DNA from: a virus
DNA: 64,000 nucleotides
Reading direction: 5' to 3' (one strand)
Virus record (IMG/VR): IMGVR_UViG_3300046777_002716
Coordinates: 37,898 to 101,897 of that record
Positions 15,352-24,964 of this stretch are shown here, one piece after another. Each line of letters starts with the position of its first letter. Position 1 is the first letter of the stretch. The notes under the pieces are model-generated. The model saw only the letters and a program-made list of their open reading frames with translations. It searched no databases and was not told the origin of the DNA. Position numbers and translations under genes: made by a program.

Positions 15352-15873
15352 TCATCTGTTTTGGGAACGATAAGATACATTATCCTTGATCGTATTATAG
15401 TCGGAACTGCTCCCAGAAAGCAAACTGTCATCGACCATCATAACTTCATCGAATCCAGTTCTTTCAATAATTTTAGTTTTAATATCTAATTGTTTCTTTT
15501 CTCTTTGAATTCTCCTCAAGAATGCATAATGAATAATCTGAGTAAAATATGCAAAAGGATTTTTAGATTTTTCTGGATCAAAATTGTGAATGTACTGAAC
15601 ACAGTTTTCAATACCATCAGAAATCATATCATCCCTAAACATGTAATTAACAAAGTTTGGTTTATATGATAAATGAGTGGCAATCTTTAAAAAGCATTCT
15701 CCCAAATAATTAGGAATTTTTGGTTTACCTTCCCAATAACCAGATTTTGGTGGATACTTATCATGCTTTTCAAAGTATAATTGTTCTGCCTTAGCAACTT
15801 TGGTTCGATAAACTATAAGTGCTTCCAACAATTCTTTATTATTTACATAATGTTCTGGTTTTTTCTTGGGCAT
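15352..15873 (-). CDS. gp55: Late-transcription sigma factor gp55
   Basis: HYVNNKE, YLGECFLKIA, NPFAYFTQI..AFLRRI..EKKQ. Confidence 0.98.
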   Translation of the reverse strand: MPKKKPEHYVNNKELLEALIVYRTKVAKAEQLYFEKHDKYPPKSGYWEGKPKIPNYLGECFLKIATHLSYKPNFVNYMFRDDMISDGIENCVQYIHNFDPEKSKNPFAYFTQIIHYAFLRRIQREKKQLDIKTKIIERTGFDEVMMVDDSLLSGSSSDYNTIKDNVSYRSQNR

Positions 15874-15905
15874 GGCATTGTTCTCAAATAATACATGTTG
15901 ATGAT

Positions 15906-15935
15906 ATTATACCACATCTTTAGGGGGCTTGACAA
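15906..15935 (-). promoter_or_regulatory. Sigma70-type promoter for gp55
   Basis: TTGTCA-18 nt-TATAAT with extended -10 TGn. Confidence 0.7.
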
Positions 15936-15957
15936 GGTATCAAAATGTGTGTAGACT
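15929..15957 (+). promoter_or_regulatory. Divergent sigma70-like promoter on the non-coding strand
   Basis: TTGACA-17 nt-TAGACT. Confidence 0.5.
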
Positions 15958-16048
15958 ACCTTTGTCCCGGTTGAAGATAAGTACTAAGAAGCTTTTAAAT
16001 TTTAAAGTACTTAAAGATACTTAAGAGAAAATAATATTAAAAAATACC

Positions 16049-16471
16049 TTAAAGATCATCGGTAGAATCCACTTGAAGATCTTTAAATAATCTTTCTAGT
16101 CTTTTTCTAGCATCCTTTACTGATGATAGATATCCCATTTTCTTAGATGGTTTAATCATTCCACTCTCCATAGATGATATACCATCATCATCCATCATTA
16201 AGTAATTTTGATAAACATCTATTAGTTTTTCATCATTACTTTCAGTCATAGTTATAACTTTATCAAGTTTAATCATAAAGAAATCATCATTAGATAATTC
16301 CATCCATGGTTTTATCTTGACATATTGAGATCTGTTGTTATGAAGTATTTTAATTACAACAGGATTCTGGAGAACAATTATAGGATCTCCATCATTTTCA
16401 TCTATCATGATGAGTGAGAAAATCTCTTCTCCAGATACCAGTTTTAATACACAGTAAAACTCTTCTCCCAT
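16049..16471 (-). CDS. Conserved hypothetical protein (often labelled methylamine utilization protein in cyanophages)
   Basis: LKLVSGEEI, LQNP, KPWM, MGYLSSV..AR..LE; usual position between uvsW and gp55. Confidence 0.75.
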   Translation of the reverse strand: MGEEFYCVLKLVSGEEIFSLIMIDENDGDPIIVLQNPVVIKILHNNRSQYVKIKPWMELSNDDFFMIKLDKVITMTESNDEKLIDVYQNYLMMDDDGISSMESGMIKPSKKMGYLSSVKDARKRLERLFKDLQVDSTDDL

Positions 16472-17934
16472 TAGTCTTTAATTGGTATAGTTACAATTTC
16501 ATAATTAAAATTCTCTTCAGAATAGATTTTAATTCTTTCTATAAGATGATTTAATGTATAATTTTTTCTAGCCTTATAACTGATGTCATCGGCAATGTCA
16601 TATAATGTTGCTTTGGTTTTGTTATTTCCTTTTCTTAACACTCTGCCGATAGATTGTAGATTTCTAATTCTAGATTTGGATGGAGAAGCAAAAATTACGT
16701 TATGAAGATTTTTGATGTTAATTCCAGTACTGAAAGTACCGTAAGAAGCAACAATAATCGCATTATTTTCCCTTTCAGTAATTTCTCTTACTTTTTCTCT
16801 ATCTTCAACATCAACACCACCATGTACCAGAAATACATGACGATCATCAGTCTTGCTGTTATTTATTAAATCGTAAAGAGGTTTACCGTGACCTTCTACC
16901 CTTGAAAAAAGAATAAGACTATTACCCTTCAAATCTAAGGCAAGGTTTTTGATAAAGTTATTTCTTTTTTCGTGATTAATAATATACTGCACTTCATCTT
17001 CAAAAGTTTCAAACTTATTTGGTTTATGCTTTAGGAGTAGAACTTTAATGTCCAATTGTGCAACATGACCCTTTTGCATAAGTTCATCGGTTCTTATGAT
17101 TTTATAAGAGGGACCAAATAAACCTTCTAAGACCCACTTATGTGTTTGGGATCCATCTAGTGTTCCAGTAAATCCAAAACGATATTTTGCATCAAAAAGT
17201 TTTGTCATTATAGATACTAATGACTTGGATTTAAAATTGTGTGCCTCATCACCAATAACCACATTAAATCTGGAGAAATACTGTTTTGGCAGTTTATAAA
17301 TGGATTGCCATGTAGTGATTATGACTTGGGAATCAGTTTCTCTTTCTTTTCCCGCATAGATTTTGTGGCAGTATGAACCAACATCCCATCCATAATCTGC
17401 AAAATCTTTATACATTTGTTCTACAAGGGAAGTCGTTGGAACAACTACAAGAATATTTTGCTCTTTCTCAACGTAATATCTTGTTATCGAATAGATCATC
17501 AACGACTTTCCAGAAGCAGTTGGAGATATCAATAATTTGCGATTATGTCTTAAGGCGTCGTATACTCCCTCAATTTGGTAATCGCGGGGAGAATGTTTAC
17601 TGATAGCAGTCATATAATCTTTTACACCTTCTTTTGAAATCATCTCATTGACTTCAAAAGGAAGACCATAATACTTATTGTCTTTGAAATCGTAAGTATA
17701 ATTATGGTCTTTGCAAAATTTGATTATTTTGTCTAATAACCCAGCATAAATTTCTCCAGTGTTTACATTAAACAAGTAGATAAATCCATCCCACCACTTG
17801 TTTTTGTACGCTGGAGAAAATTTTGCGTTTGGAACTTCAAACTGAAATGCGTCACGAAGTTCATAATATACATGAGGTTCAGATTCTATGTGGAGATAAA
17901 CCTCATTCTTTTTTGATATAACCAAATGCGACAT
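16471..17934 (-). CDS. uvsW: UvsW helicase (SF2)
   Basis: PRDYQ, SPTASGKS, DEAH, QSIGRVLR. Confidence 0.98.
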   Translation of the reverse strand: MSHLVISKKNEVYLHIESEPHVYYELRDAFQFEVPNAKFSPAYKNKWWDGFIYLFNVNTGEIYAGLLDKIIKFCKDHNYTYDFKDNKYYGLPFEVNEMISKEGVKDYMTAISKHSPRDYQIEGVYDALRHNRKLLISPTASGKSLMIYSITRYYVEKEQNILVVVPTTSLVEQMYKDFADYGWDVGSYCHKIYAGKERETDSQVIITTWQSIYKLPKQYFSRFNVVIGDEAHNFKSKSLVSIMTKLFDAKYRFGFTGTLDGSQTHKWVLEGLFGPSYKIIRTDELMQKGHVAQLDIKVLLLKHKPNKFETFEDEVQYIINHEKRNNFIKNLALDLKGNSLILFSRVEGHGKPLYDLINNSKTDDRHVFLVHGGVDVEDREKVREITERENNAIIVASYGTFSTGINIKNLHNVIFASPSKSRIRNLQSIGRVLRKGNNKTKATLYDIADDISYKARKNYTLNHLIERIKIYSEENFNYEIVTIPIKD

Positions 17935-17967
17935 TCATATTATTATCAGTTACAAATATTTATTTGG

Positions 17968-18399
17968 TCAATTATATCCTGCAGTAAACTTCATGAATTC
18001 AATCGCATTTTTAATTTGAAAAGTTCTATTAGAAATAGTTTTAATTATCTCCTCAAGAAACCTTAGCATTACATCATAATATTTTACCTTTAATTCAAGT
18101 TTACTTAGTCTCTCATCGGCGTCCATATGCCTCTGTATGGCGTCCTTTTCTCTTACCTTATACGGAAATGGTTCCTCTACGTAAACCTCTGCTGGCGCCT
18201 TTCCTGTGTAGTAATTATACCGTTCTAACTTAACTCTTTTATATGATTCAGTAGCCTTTTCTCTGAGAAGTGTTATTGTATTGTATATTGTATAATATTT
18301 GGAATGAAGTTGTGGAATTTTTAAAGATTCATCGTGCAAATTGTCAGGATCGATGACAGAATCTCTCTGCCACATTTCCTGAATTTCATCAAGATTCAT
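17968..18399 (-). CDS. uvsY: Recombination mediator UvsY
   Basis: ESLKIPQLHSKY, YYTGKA, R.FQIKNAI. Confidence 0.96.
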   Translation of the reverse strand: MNLDEIQEMWQRDSVIDPDNLHDESLKIPQLHSKYYTIYNTITLLREKATESYKRVKLERYNYYTGKAPAEVYVEEPFPYKVREKDAIQRHMDADERLSKLELKVKYYDVMLRFLEEIIKTISNRTFQIKNAIEFMKFTAGYN

Positions 18400-18956
18400 A
18401 AAGGTTTGCCGTTAGTGTCTAGTATATTGTAAATAGTATACTTGAAAGTTGCATCCGCTGTAAAGTACTGGACATCTGGTTGTGTCGCATTAAAATCTAA
18501 AGATGATAATGATGTAGGATATAAATCTTTAAATTTTACAATAGCGGTAGTTTTGTAATTGCTATTTAATATGTAAAGACTCCCATCACTGAACGCTCTT
18601 TTAGGATCATATGGTTGAAGAGTGTCATCTGGATCAGAAATAAGATCTCTATAATTTTGTGCAGATTCTGGAAAACCAAGACCAGTTATCCAATTGTGGA
18701 CGGCCATATAATTTTCCATGTTCTCATCGACCATGAATCTAATACTCAGATCTCCATAAGTGATCTTATCTCCAGGTACATCAATATCTTTCAAATAGTT
18801 TGGTTGCAATTCAGTACCAAGTACGATTTCTGGAATTTTTGCAGAATTAGAAAAGAAAGATATCTTGGGATCTTTTGCAATAGTAAATTTAAATCCTATT
18901 GGGGATAAAAAATTTCTATTTGTAATTTGACCTGGAAATGAACAAGGATTTGCCAT
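18396..18956 (-). CDS. gp3: Tail tube terminator / tail completion protein gp3
   Basis: NFLSPIGFKF, PGDKITYGDL, F.VDE.MENY..HNW, FKDLYPTSLS. Confidence 0.9.
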   Translation of the reverse strand: MANPCSFPGQITNRNFLSPIGFKFTIAKDPKISFFSNSAKIPEIVLGTELQPNYLKDIDVPGDKITYGDLSIRFMVDENMENYMAVHNWITGLGFPESAQNYRDLISDPDDTLQPYDPKRAFSDGSLYILNSNYKTTAIVKFKDLYPTSLSSLDFNATQPDVQYFTADATFKYTIYNILDTNGKPL

Positions 18957-19126
18957 TATTTCATAGGAATATTAGTTGGTTCTAATTTAAATGTCATCTG
19001 ACGGACACCTTTTGATCCGGGTCCAATTTGTCCTTTTCTAGATTTATTTAAATTCTCTTGGGATTTTTTATCTAGAGGAATTACATTCCTAGAAAGATCT
19101 TCTTTAAATTCTTGAAATGATTTCAT
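18956..19126 (-). CDS. Small internal-head-protein-like ORF (56 aa, not in the ORF track)
   Basis: Begins MKSFQEFKED, similar to the T4 capsid-targeting sequence MKTYQEFIAE; CTAAATA upstream; TAATG overlap with gp3. Confidence 0.7.
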   Translation of the reverse strand: MKSFQEFKEDLSRNVIPLDKKSQENLNKSRKGQIGPGSKGVRQMTFKLEPTNIPMK

Positions 19127-19144
19127 TTTTATTTTTATTTAGAT

Positions 19145-19172
19145 AAAAAAAGACCCCCTCGAAAGGGGGTCT
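19145..19172 (-). terminator. Rho-independent terminator after gp23
   Basis: AGACCCCCT-TTCG-AGGGGGTCT followed by a T-run. Confidence 0.92.
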
Positions 19173-19191
19173 GGTCCTTGTGAAGCAATGC

Positions 19192-20592
19192 TCACATTAG
19201 GTTTGCAACCTTTACTCTTCTGTAGTAAACGTTGGCGTTGGTGGTTAGAGCACCTTGACCTTGTGCAGCGCCTTCTGCGAATGGGTTTGCAACTAGACCA
19301 TATCTGGTCTTAAATCCAATCTTAGGCTGGAAGCTGTTCTCACCAACCGCACGTACCATCTGTAGAGGTACATATGGGCAGTAGAATAGACCTGCGTCAT
19401 AAGGTGAAGAACCCTTATAACCAACAACGTAGAACTGGTTAGCAGATACGTTAGCAGAATAAGGATCGATATAAACCTTATACTTGCCCTGAAGAACACC
19501 TGCGAAGGTGTTACCAGTGTCATCTACCTGGAGGTTTGCGTTGAGTGCAGGGGTGTAATCAAGAACACCTGCCATGGTGAGTGCAGAAGCAACGTCAGCA
19601 GAGCAGAGGATCATGTTACCCTTTCCTCTACGAGTTTGCTGTGCGATAGCGTTAGCATCGCGCTCGATTTGGAAGATTAGACCCTTGAACTTCTCAACAG
19701 ACCAACGACCGTTGGAGTCAACGTCGAGGTCGAAAGTACCAGCGGTAGCGGTATTTACTTGAGCACCAGGCTTAGCAACCTTGTAGATGGTACGGATGAT
19801 TTCGCGGTTGATCTCAGCAAGAATCTCAGTTGAGAGAATGTTTGCGAGTTCCGCTTCAGCATTCAGACCGTGGATTGCCTTGAGGTCCTGAGCAAGCTCA
19901 AGTGAGTACTCAGCCTTTAGGGCACGTGACTTGGCGGTAACGGTGACTTTCTCGATTGAGAATGCCATCTGGTTGAATGCACCAGATCCACTACCATCAA
20001 GACCTTCTGCGTCAGCAGTATTCATGCCTTCACCAGCATTATATGCTAGTTGATTTGCAGCAGAAGCATCTAGGATAGATGGGTTAGTACCACCTTGGGC
20101 GGTTGTACCCATACCAACAGCAGCATTGGTGAATCCTGCGGTTAGGGTGCGGCCAGCGTTTTGACCAGAGAATGCGGAATCTACTTCGTTGTAGAAGGTC
20201 TCATTTCCGCTCTGGTTGTCGTAACGTGAGCGCATTGCGAAGATTAGTCCAGTAGGACCGTTCATTGGTTGAACGCCACACAGATCGTAAGCGATCAGGT
20301 TAGGCATTGAACGACGAATAAGGCTGATTAGAACAGGATCGAAACCTGCAGTAGGACCAGCGTTGAAACCTTGAGCACTACCACCGAAACCAGCAGCACC
20401 TGCAGTTGAAGCAGTGAAGTTGGTTGGGGTCTCATAGAGGAACTCGCGGGCTTCGCGTAGTTCTCTCTCTTGGTTTTCGAGCAGGATAGCGGTTACAGAT
20501 CTACGGTGTGAATCTTTGATCTGATCTAGTCCTTGATAGTCAAGGATAGGAGCCCACTTCTCCTGCAGGTATTCGGTATTGAACATCTGCAT
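19192..20592 (-). CDS. gp23: Major capsid protein gp23
   Basis: LLENQE, GVQPMNGPTGLIFAMRSRY, KSRALKAEYSLELAQDLKAIHG, IGFKTRYG. Confidence 0.99.
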   Translation of the reverse strand: MQMFNTEYLQEKWAPILDYQGLDQIKDSHRRSVTAILLENQERELREAREFLYETPTNFTASTAGAAGFGGSAQGFNAGPTAGFDPVLISLIRRSMPNLIAYDLCGVQPMNGPTGLIFAMRSRYDNQSGNETFYNEVDSAFSGQNAGRTLTAGFTNAAVGMGTTAQGGTNPSILDASAANQLAYNAGEGMNTADAEGLDGSGSGAFNQMAFSIEKVTVTAKSRALKAEYSLELAQDLKAIHGLNAEAELANILSTEILAEINREIIRTIYKVAKPGAQVNTATAGTFDLDVDSNGRWSVEKFKGLIFQIERDANAIAQQTRRGKGNMILCSADVASALTMAGVLDYTPALNANLQVDDTGNTFAGVLQGKYKVYIDPYSANVSANQFYVVGYKGSSPYDAGLFYCPYVPLQMVRAVGENSFQPKIGFKTRYGLVANPFAEGAAQGQGALTTNANVYYRRVKVANLM

Positions 20593-20642
20593 TTTTGTTT
20601 ACCTCTTTAAAAAAGTTTTAGTTTGACTTTATGATATATAAA

Positions 20643-21803
20643 TCACTTTTTGGCGACTCTGCCAAGAGTCTGAAGATATGCTTCCATCATTGGTGATACT
20701 GATTCTTGATAAGAATCATTACCTATAGTTGCTTCTTCGGATAAATTCTCAGAGTCATCTCTTTGAGTACCAGTATTTGCTGGGAAGTATGATTCCCTTA
20801 GAGTTACTAGTTTCTCACGATAGTTCTCTTCACAATCAAACTCAACATTTTCCGCAAGAGAAGCGAGTTTGTCTTTCTGAGAAAGTGCTAGACCCTCAGC
20901 GACATCTGCAAAAATTACATCAGCAACTGACTCTGCTAATCTTCTATTTAGAGCAACATTTCTTTCGATTTGCTCGTTGAGTTTTTCTTCCATTTCATCA
21001 AGTTTATCTACCATACTCTCGATTACATCATATCTATCTTCAGGGATTGAAACATAATGATCTTCAAAAAGACTCTTCATTCCTTGTAGGAATGATTCGG
21101 TCATTTCGGTCTTAAGACCGTGCTCAACTGCGAGTGCATTTTCAGAAATCCACTCATCAGCAACATACTCAAGATAAGCATCTACACGCTCAGTGAGTTC
21201 TTGCTTAATGAACTCAACTTCTTCGACAAGTGCTTGCTCATAGGTCTCTTGAAGTTGCTCTTTGATTTCAACAACTTTTGACTTAATAGCAGCTTCGAAA
21301 ATAGTGCGTGCTTTTTCTTGGAATTCTTCAGAAAGTTCTTCACCAGCAAGAAGAGCATTAACATCTTCTTCGATGGAGAATTCTTCTTCAACTTTTTCTT
21401 CTTTATCTTTTTTAGAAGACTTTTTCTTATCTTCTTCTTCCTCGTCTTCCTCTTCATCTTCTTCATTATGAGAAGCTTCGGAAACCACTTCTTCGCCGTC
21501 TTCTAGTTCTTCTTCATCAACTACAAGATCTTCACCCTCTTCTTCAGTTTCTTCTTTAACTGCAGCGGCTTTGGCATTTACTACATCTCTAACTTGTGCT
21601 AAAGTTGCAGCAGGATCTTTTAGTTTTGCGGAATCATCATCTGGACGATAATTTTCTGGAGTAGGTCCACCTAGATCTTCCCAAGCACCAGTTTGACCGG
21701 GAGTTGCAACTCCTGATGCATTACCTGATTTGATTGGTTCGGCAGGTGCAGCCCCTTTGGTTACTACGTTTTCCATTTCTTGTAAATTTCTACCAACGGA
21801 CAT
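20643..21803 (-). CDS. gp22: Prohead core scaffold gp22
   Basis: LSEEFQEKARTIFEAA, YLEYVADEW, acidic coiled coil; between gp21 and gp23. Confidence 0.96.
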   Translation of the reverse strand: MSVGRNLQEMENVVTKGAAPAEPIKSGNASGVATPGQTGAWEDLGGPTPENYRPDDDSAKLKDPAATLAQVRDVVNAKAAAVKEETEEEGEDLVVDEEELEDGEEVVSEASHNEEDEEEDEEEEDKKKSSKKDKEEKVEEEFSIEEDVNALLAGEELSEEFQEKARTIFEAAIKSKVVEIKEQLQETYEQALVEEVEFIKQELTERVDAYLEYVADEWISENALAVEHGLKTEMTESFLQGMKSLFEDHYVSIPEDRYDVIESMVDKLDEMEEKLNEQIERNVALNRRLAESVADVIFADVAEGLALSQKDKLASLAENVEFDCEENYREKLVTLRESYFPANTGTQRDDSENLSEEATIGNDSYQESVSPMMEAYLQTLGRVAKK

Positions 21804-21832
21804 TTTAGATTGATTGTGTTATAATCTATATT

Positions 21833-21840
21833 TATTTATA
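21833..21840 (-). promoter_or_regulatory. T4-type late promoter
   Basis: TATAAATA upstream of gp22. Confidence 0.8.
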
Positions 21841-21842
21841 AT

Positions 21843-22493
21843 TTAAAGATTTGAAAGAAATTCTTGGAACAATTCAACCTTATGTTCCTGTAGTTTTCTT
21901 TCATCTACTAGAGTATTAATTCTACGCTTTGTAGATTCTGCAAGTTTTTCGCGGAGAATTCCTCCTTCCCAAACCCACTCTTTACCTTCCATAATTCCTT
22001 GAACAAATGCATCAGGTGCTGAAGGATCGGCAACGATATCTGCTGCTGTTGCAAGCATGAAATCTTCACCAACAATTTTATGACCTTCGTTGGTCATTTT
22101 GAGTGAACCAACACCACGAGAAGAAACGCCAAGACAAACGCCTTCGGAAATAAGAGATTTTGCAATCTTACCCATAGGGGTCTCAAGAAGTTGTGCCTTA
22201 CCAATAAAATTATTACCTTTTTGTTCTAAGGAAACAATTTTGTGAGAAACTCTGTCTAGATTTACTGTTGGACCATCTGGATGTCCAAGTTCTCCAAGAG
22301 CACGACCCTTATTGACGAAAGATTCGTTATATCTCTTTACCTCACGGGCAAGAGTTTGAATAGGATACATTCTTCCATTACGGTTGCAAATGTCTCCTTG
22401 AAGGAAAACACCTTCAATATACATTTTCTTTTCACTACCCTTTCCTTCGGTAATGAATTTAACTTGTGAGACTTCTTCGGTGATGAGTTTCAT
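21843..22493 (-). CDS. gp21: Prohead protease gp21
   Basis: NRNGRMY, ALGELGHP, GVSSRG.GS, D.VADPSAPDA. Confidence 0.98.
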   Translation of the reverse strand: MKLITEEVSQVKFITEGKGSEKKMYIEGVFLQGDICNRNGRMYPIQTLAREVKRYNESFVNKGRALGELGHPDGPTVNLDRVSHKIVSLEQKGNNFIGKAQLLETPMGKIAKSLISEGVCLGVSSRGVGSLKMTNEGHKIVGEDFMLATAADIVADPSAPDAFVQGIMEGKEWVWEGGILREKLAESTKRRINTLVDERKLQEHKVELFQEFLSNL

Positions 22494-22494
22494 T

Positions 22495-23025
22495 TTACTC
22501 TGAGACTAACTGTACAATTTCGGTTACGCTGACACCACTATTGGTATCTGTTGTATATGCTGATACTTTTACGCTTCTAGCAATAGTTGCCCCAGTAATA
22601 TTGGGGTTTGTTATTGAAGAACTATCATAATTAATGGTTACTGATTTTTCATCAGCAGAAACAATCGAATTATGAACTGTATTAATACCAACAGTAGGTG
22701 CTCCCTCAATAGTCACATAGTCTGATAGTAAAAATGGGTTGCCCGCATTATTATCAAAAGTCAGTTTGGTTGTGACACCAGTTGTGATGCCAACAATTTG
22801 TTGTCTTGCAATTCTTTCTTTAAGAACTTCAGCACTATAAGTACTGATATGAAAATCATTTGCTGTTGCAACAGGGTTTGTACCAATTGCAACATAACAA
22901 CCAACTCCACTGGAAGCAATGGAAATTCTAAGATATCCACTCTTAAGGGTAATTGGATTGCTAACTGCAGCAACTCCTGGAGTTACCGCAATATTTTGTG
23001 TATTTTGAACAATTTTTACTGCCAT
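22495..23025 (-). CDS. Probable virion structural protein
   Basis: 176-aa beta-rich ORF in the head operon between the portal and protease genes. Confidence 0.7.
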   Translation of the reverse strand: MAVKIVQNTQNIAVTPGVAAVSNPITLKSGYLRISIASSGVGCYVAIGTNPVATANDFHISTYSAEVLKERIARQQIVGITTGVTTKLTFDNNAGNPFLLSDYVTIEGAPTVGINTVHNSIVSADEKSVTINYDSSSITNPNITGATIARSVKVSAYTTDTNSGVSVTEIVQLVSE

Positions 23026-23216
23026 TATTCGTTATCCCATTCAGATTCTTCCTCACTTTGTTCATTATTATCACTTCCACCAAACATTGAATCTGCTACA
23101 ATTGGGCGAGCATTCTCAATTCTTTCAGAAGCTTTTGCAAACAAGATATTTTTAATACTATCAGATACTTCCGCTGGAGATCCATTGGTAGCAATCAAAT
23201 CGATAAGTTCTTCCAT
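23025..23216 (-). CDS. Small acidic prohead core protein (gp67-like position)
   Basis: 63 aa, acidic; directly after gp20 with TATAAATA at 23241-23248. Confidence 0.7.
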   Translation of the reverse strand: MEELIDLIATNGSPAEVSDSIKNILFAKASERIENARPIVADSMFGGSDNNEQSEEESEWDNE

Positions 23217-23243
23217 AAATTTATATTTTAATTATAATGTTAT

Positions 23244-24932
23244 TTATATTTTCCCACCTTTGGGTTTTGGAATTTCTACCATTGAGGTATCTATTGTTGG
23301 TTCAATAGGAGTTTCACCATTTGCACCTTGTTCTATTCCTGCTGCCTGATCTGGTGGTATTTCTCCTTCTGGTGGTAATGGATTACCATTTTCGTCTACT
23401 GGAGCATTAGGATCAGGAAGAATACCTTTTGCAATTTCATCTTCTATTTGCATATCAATATCAATAATTTCAGCATCAGTTTGACGAAGAATCTTTTTGC
23501 GTACATACTCTGTTGAATAATATTTTCCAATATATGGTTCAATAGTTGTTGCAAGAGTAAGTCTATTTGTAAGAAGTTCTGCTTCTTTTAGTTCGGCAAA
23601 ATGATTATCATATAGGAAATCATATTGTATATGATCTGAAATTTTTTCCCAATCTTCTGGAGAAACTACATTTTTTAAGAGTAGTTGTGTGCGAAGCATA
23701 TCATTGAATAGATTTGCAAAACGCTTTCTTAAACGTCCAACAAATTTGGAGAACATCAATTCGTCTCTGAGAATTTCTGATGAACGCCCCAGATTAAATC
23801 CATCTCCTCCACCAGCAATTCTAGATTCGGGAACACCTAGTGCTCTATAAAGTTTCTTTTGAAAGTATTCAATATCCGAAAGTTCTCCAAGATTTTGACC
23901 ACCTGGTAAAGTTGTAATTTCTGTTCCTCTTCCACCTTCTCTGCGAGGCAACCAGAAATCTTCAAGCATACTCATGAATTTTCTATCATCACGAACTTCG
24001 CCGGTGTTTGCGTCATATACAAGTTTATTTCTATAGCGAGACATAACCTCTTTGAGGTACTGTTCTGCTTTTACTTTAGGAAGATTACCTACATCAATAT
24101 AAAAAATACGACGCTCTGGTGCTCTTGATAATCTATAAATTACCAAAGAATCCTCAATCATTCTAAGTTGGTTGAGGGCTTTGATTGCTTTATGTAGATA
24201 TGATAGTACAGTTCCTTTATTTCTATCTACCAATCCAGAAGAACAATATGTTATGGAATCTTTTGCAATCTTTACTCCCTTTTTAGAACCACCAGTAACT
24301 GTTCCTGATGGAAAATTTGGTGTGGGGGTATAAATGTAGAACTCTTCAATATCTGGAAAACTTTGATCCTCATCTGTAGAGGAAAAGTTTATATTTGAGT
24401 AATTATTTGCACCATTCTTTTTCTTTTCTTGACGCACATGCTTCAGTTTCATGGGATCAATATATCTAAGTTCTTTGATCCCTTCTTCTGGTTTCTTTTG
24501 GTCGATTACTTTCAGATAAAAAAGTCTACCATCAATATACCAATTCCTGAAAATTTCGTGACACTTTTTATCAAAATCCATCATTTCTTTGATGGATTTG
24601 AATTCGTCTCTTATTACGTCCTTTAATCTATCGCTTGCATTTAAATTAGATAACTCAATTTCAACTGGTGAATCATATAGATCACTAACAATTGCTTCGT
24701 TAACGACGTTTTCGATAGCATTATCACACTCTGGATGGAGTGCCATTTCACGATATCTACGAATTAAATCGTATTCAGTCCTGTAAACACCTTCAATATC
24801 TACATATTGACCATAAAATCCAGATTGGATAAAATAATCAACCCCGTCCTCATTATTAGGAGGAACGGGGGAAACTATAGATTTGGACTTTTTATCATTA
24901 TCTTCAATCGAAAAACCAAAAAGTTTCGCCAT
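23244..24932 (-). CDS. gp20: Portal protein gp20
   Basis: IYRLSRAPERRIFYIDVGNLPK, EDFWLPRREGGRGTEITTLPGG. Confidence 0.99.
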   Translation of the reverse strand: MAKLFGFSIEDNDKKSKSIVSPVPPNNEDGVDYFIQSGFYGQYVDIEGVYRTEYDLIRRYREMALHPECDNAIENVVNEAIVSDLYDSPVEIELSNLNASDRLKDVIRDEFKSIKEMMDFDKKCHEIFRNWYIDGRLFYLKVIDQKKPEEGIKELRYIDPMKLKHVRQEKKKNGANNYSNINFSSTDEDQSFPDIEEFYIYTPTPNFPSGTVTGGSKKGVKIAKDSITYCSSGLVDRNKGTVLSYLHKAIKALNQLRMIEDSLVIYRLSRAPERRIFYIDVGNLPKVKAEQYLKEVMSRYRNKLVYDANTGEVRDDRKFMSMLEDFWLPRREGGRGTEITTLPGGQNLGELSDIEYFQKKLYRALGVPESRIAGGGDGFNLGRSSEILRDELMFSKFVGRLRKRFANLFNDMLRTQLLLKNVVSPEDWEKISDHIQYDFLYDNHFAELKEAELLTNRLTLATTIEPYIGKYYSTEYVRKKILRQTDAEIIDIDMQIEDEIAKGILPDPNAPVDENGNPLPPEGEIPPDQAAGIEQGANGETPIEPTIDTSMVEIPKPKGGKI

Positions 24933-24964
24933 TTTATAAATTTAAACTGCTTATTTTAATATAT

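Noticed and set aside
21380-21560. TCT/TCC-rich repeat-like tract
   Set aside because: Encodes the Glu/Asp/Lys-rich linker of scaffold gp22; not a DNA repeat element
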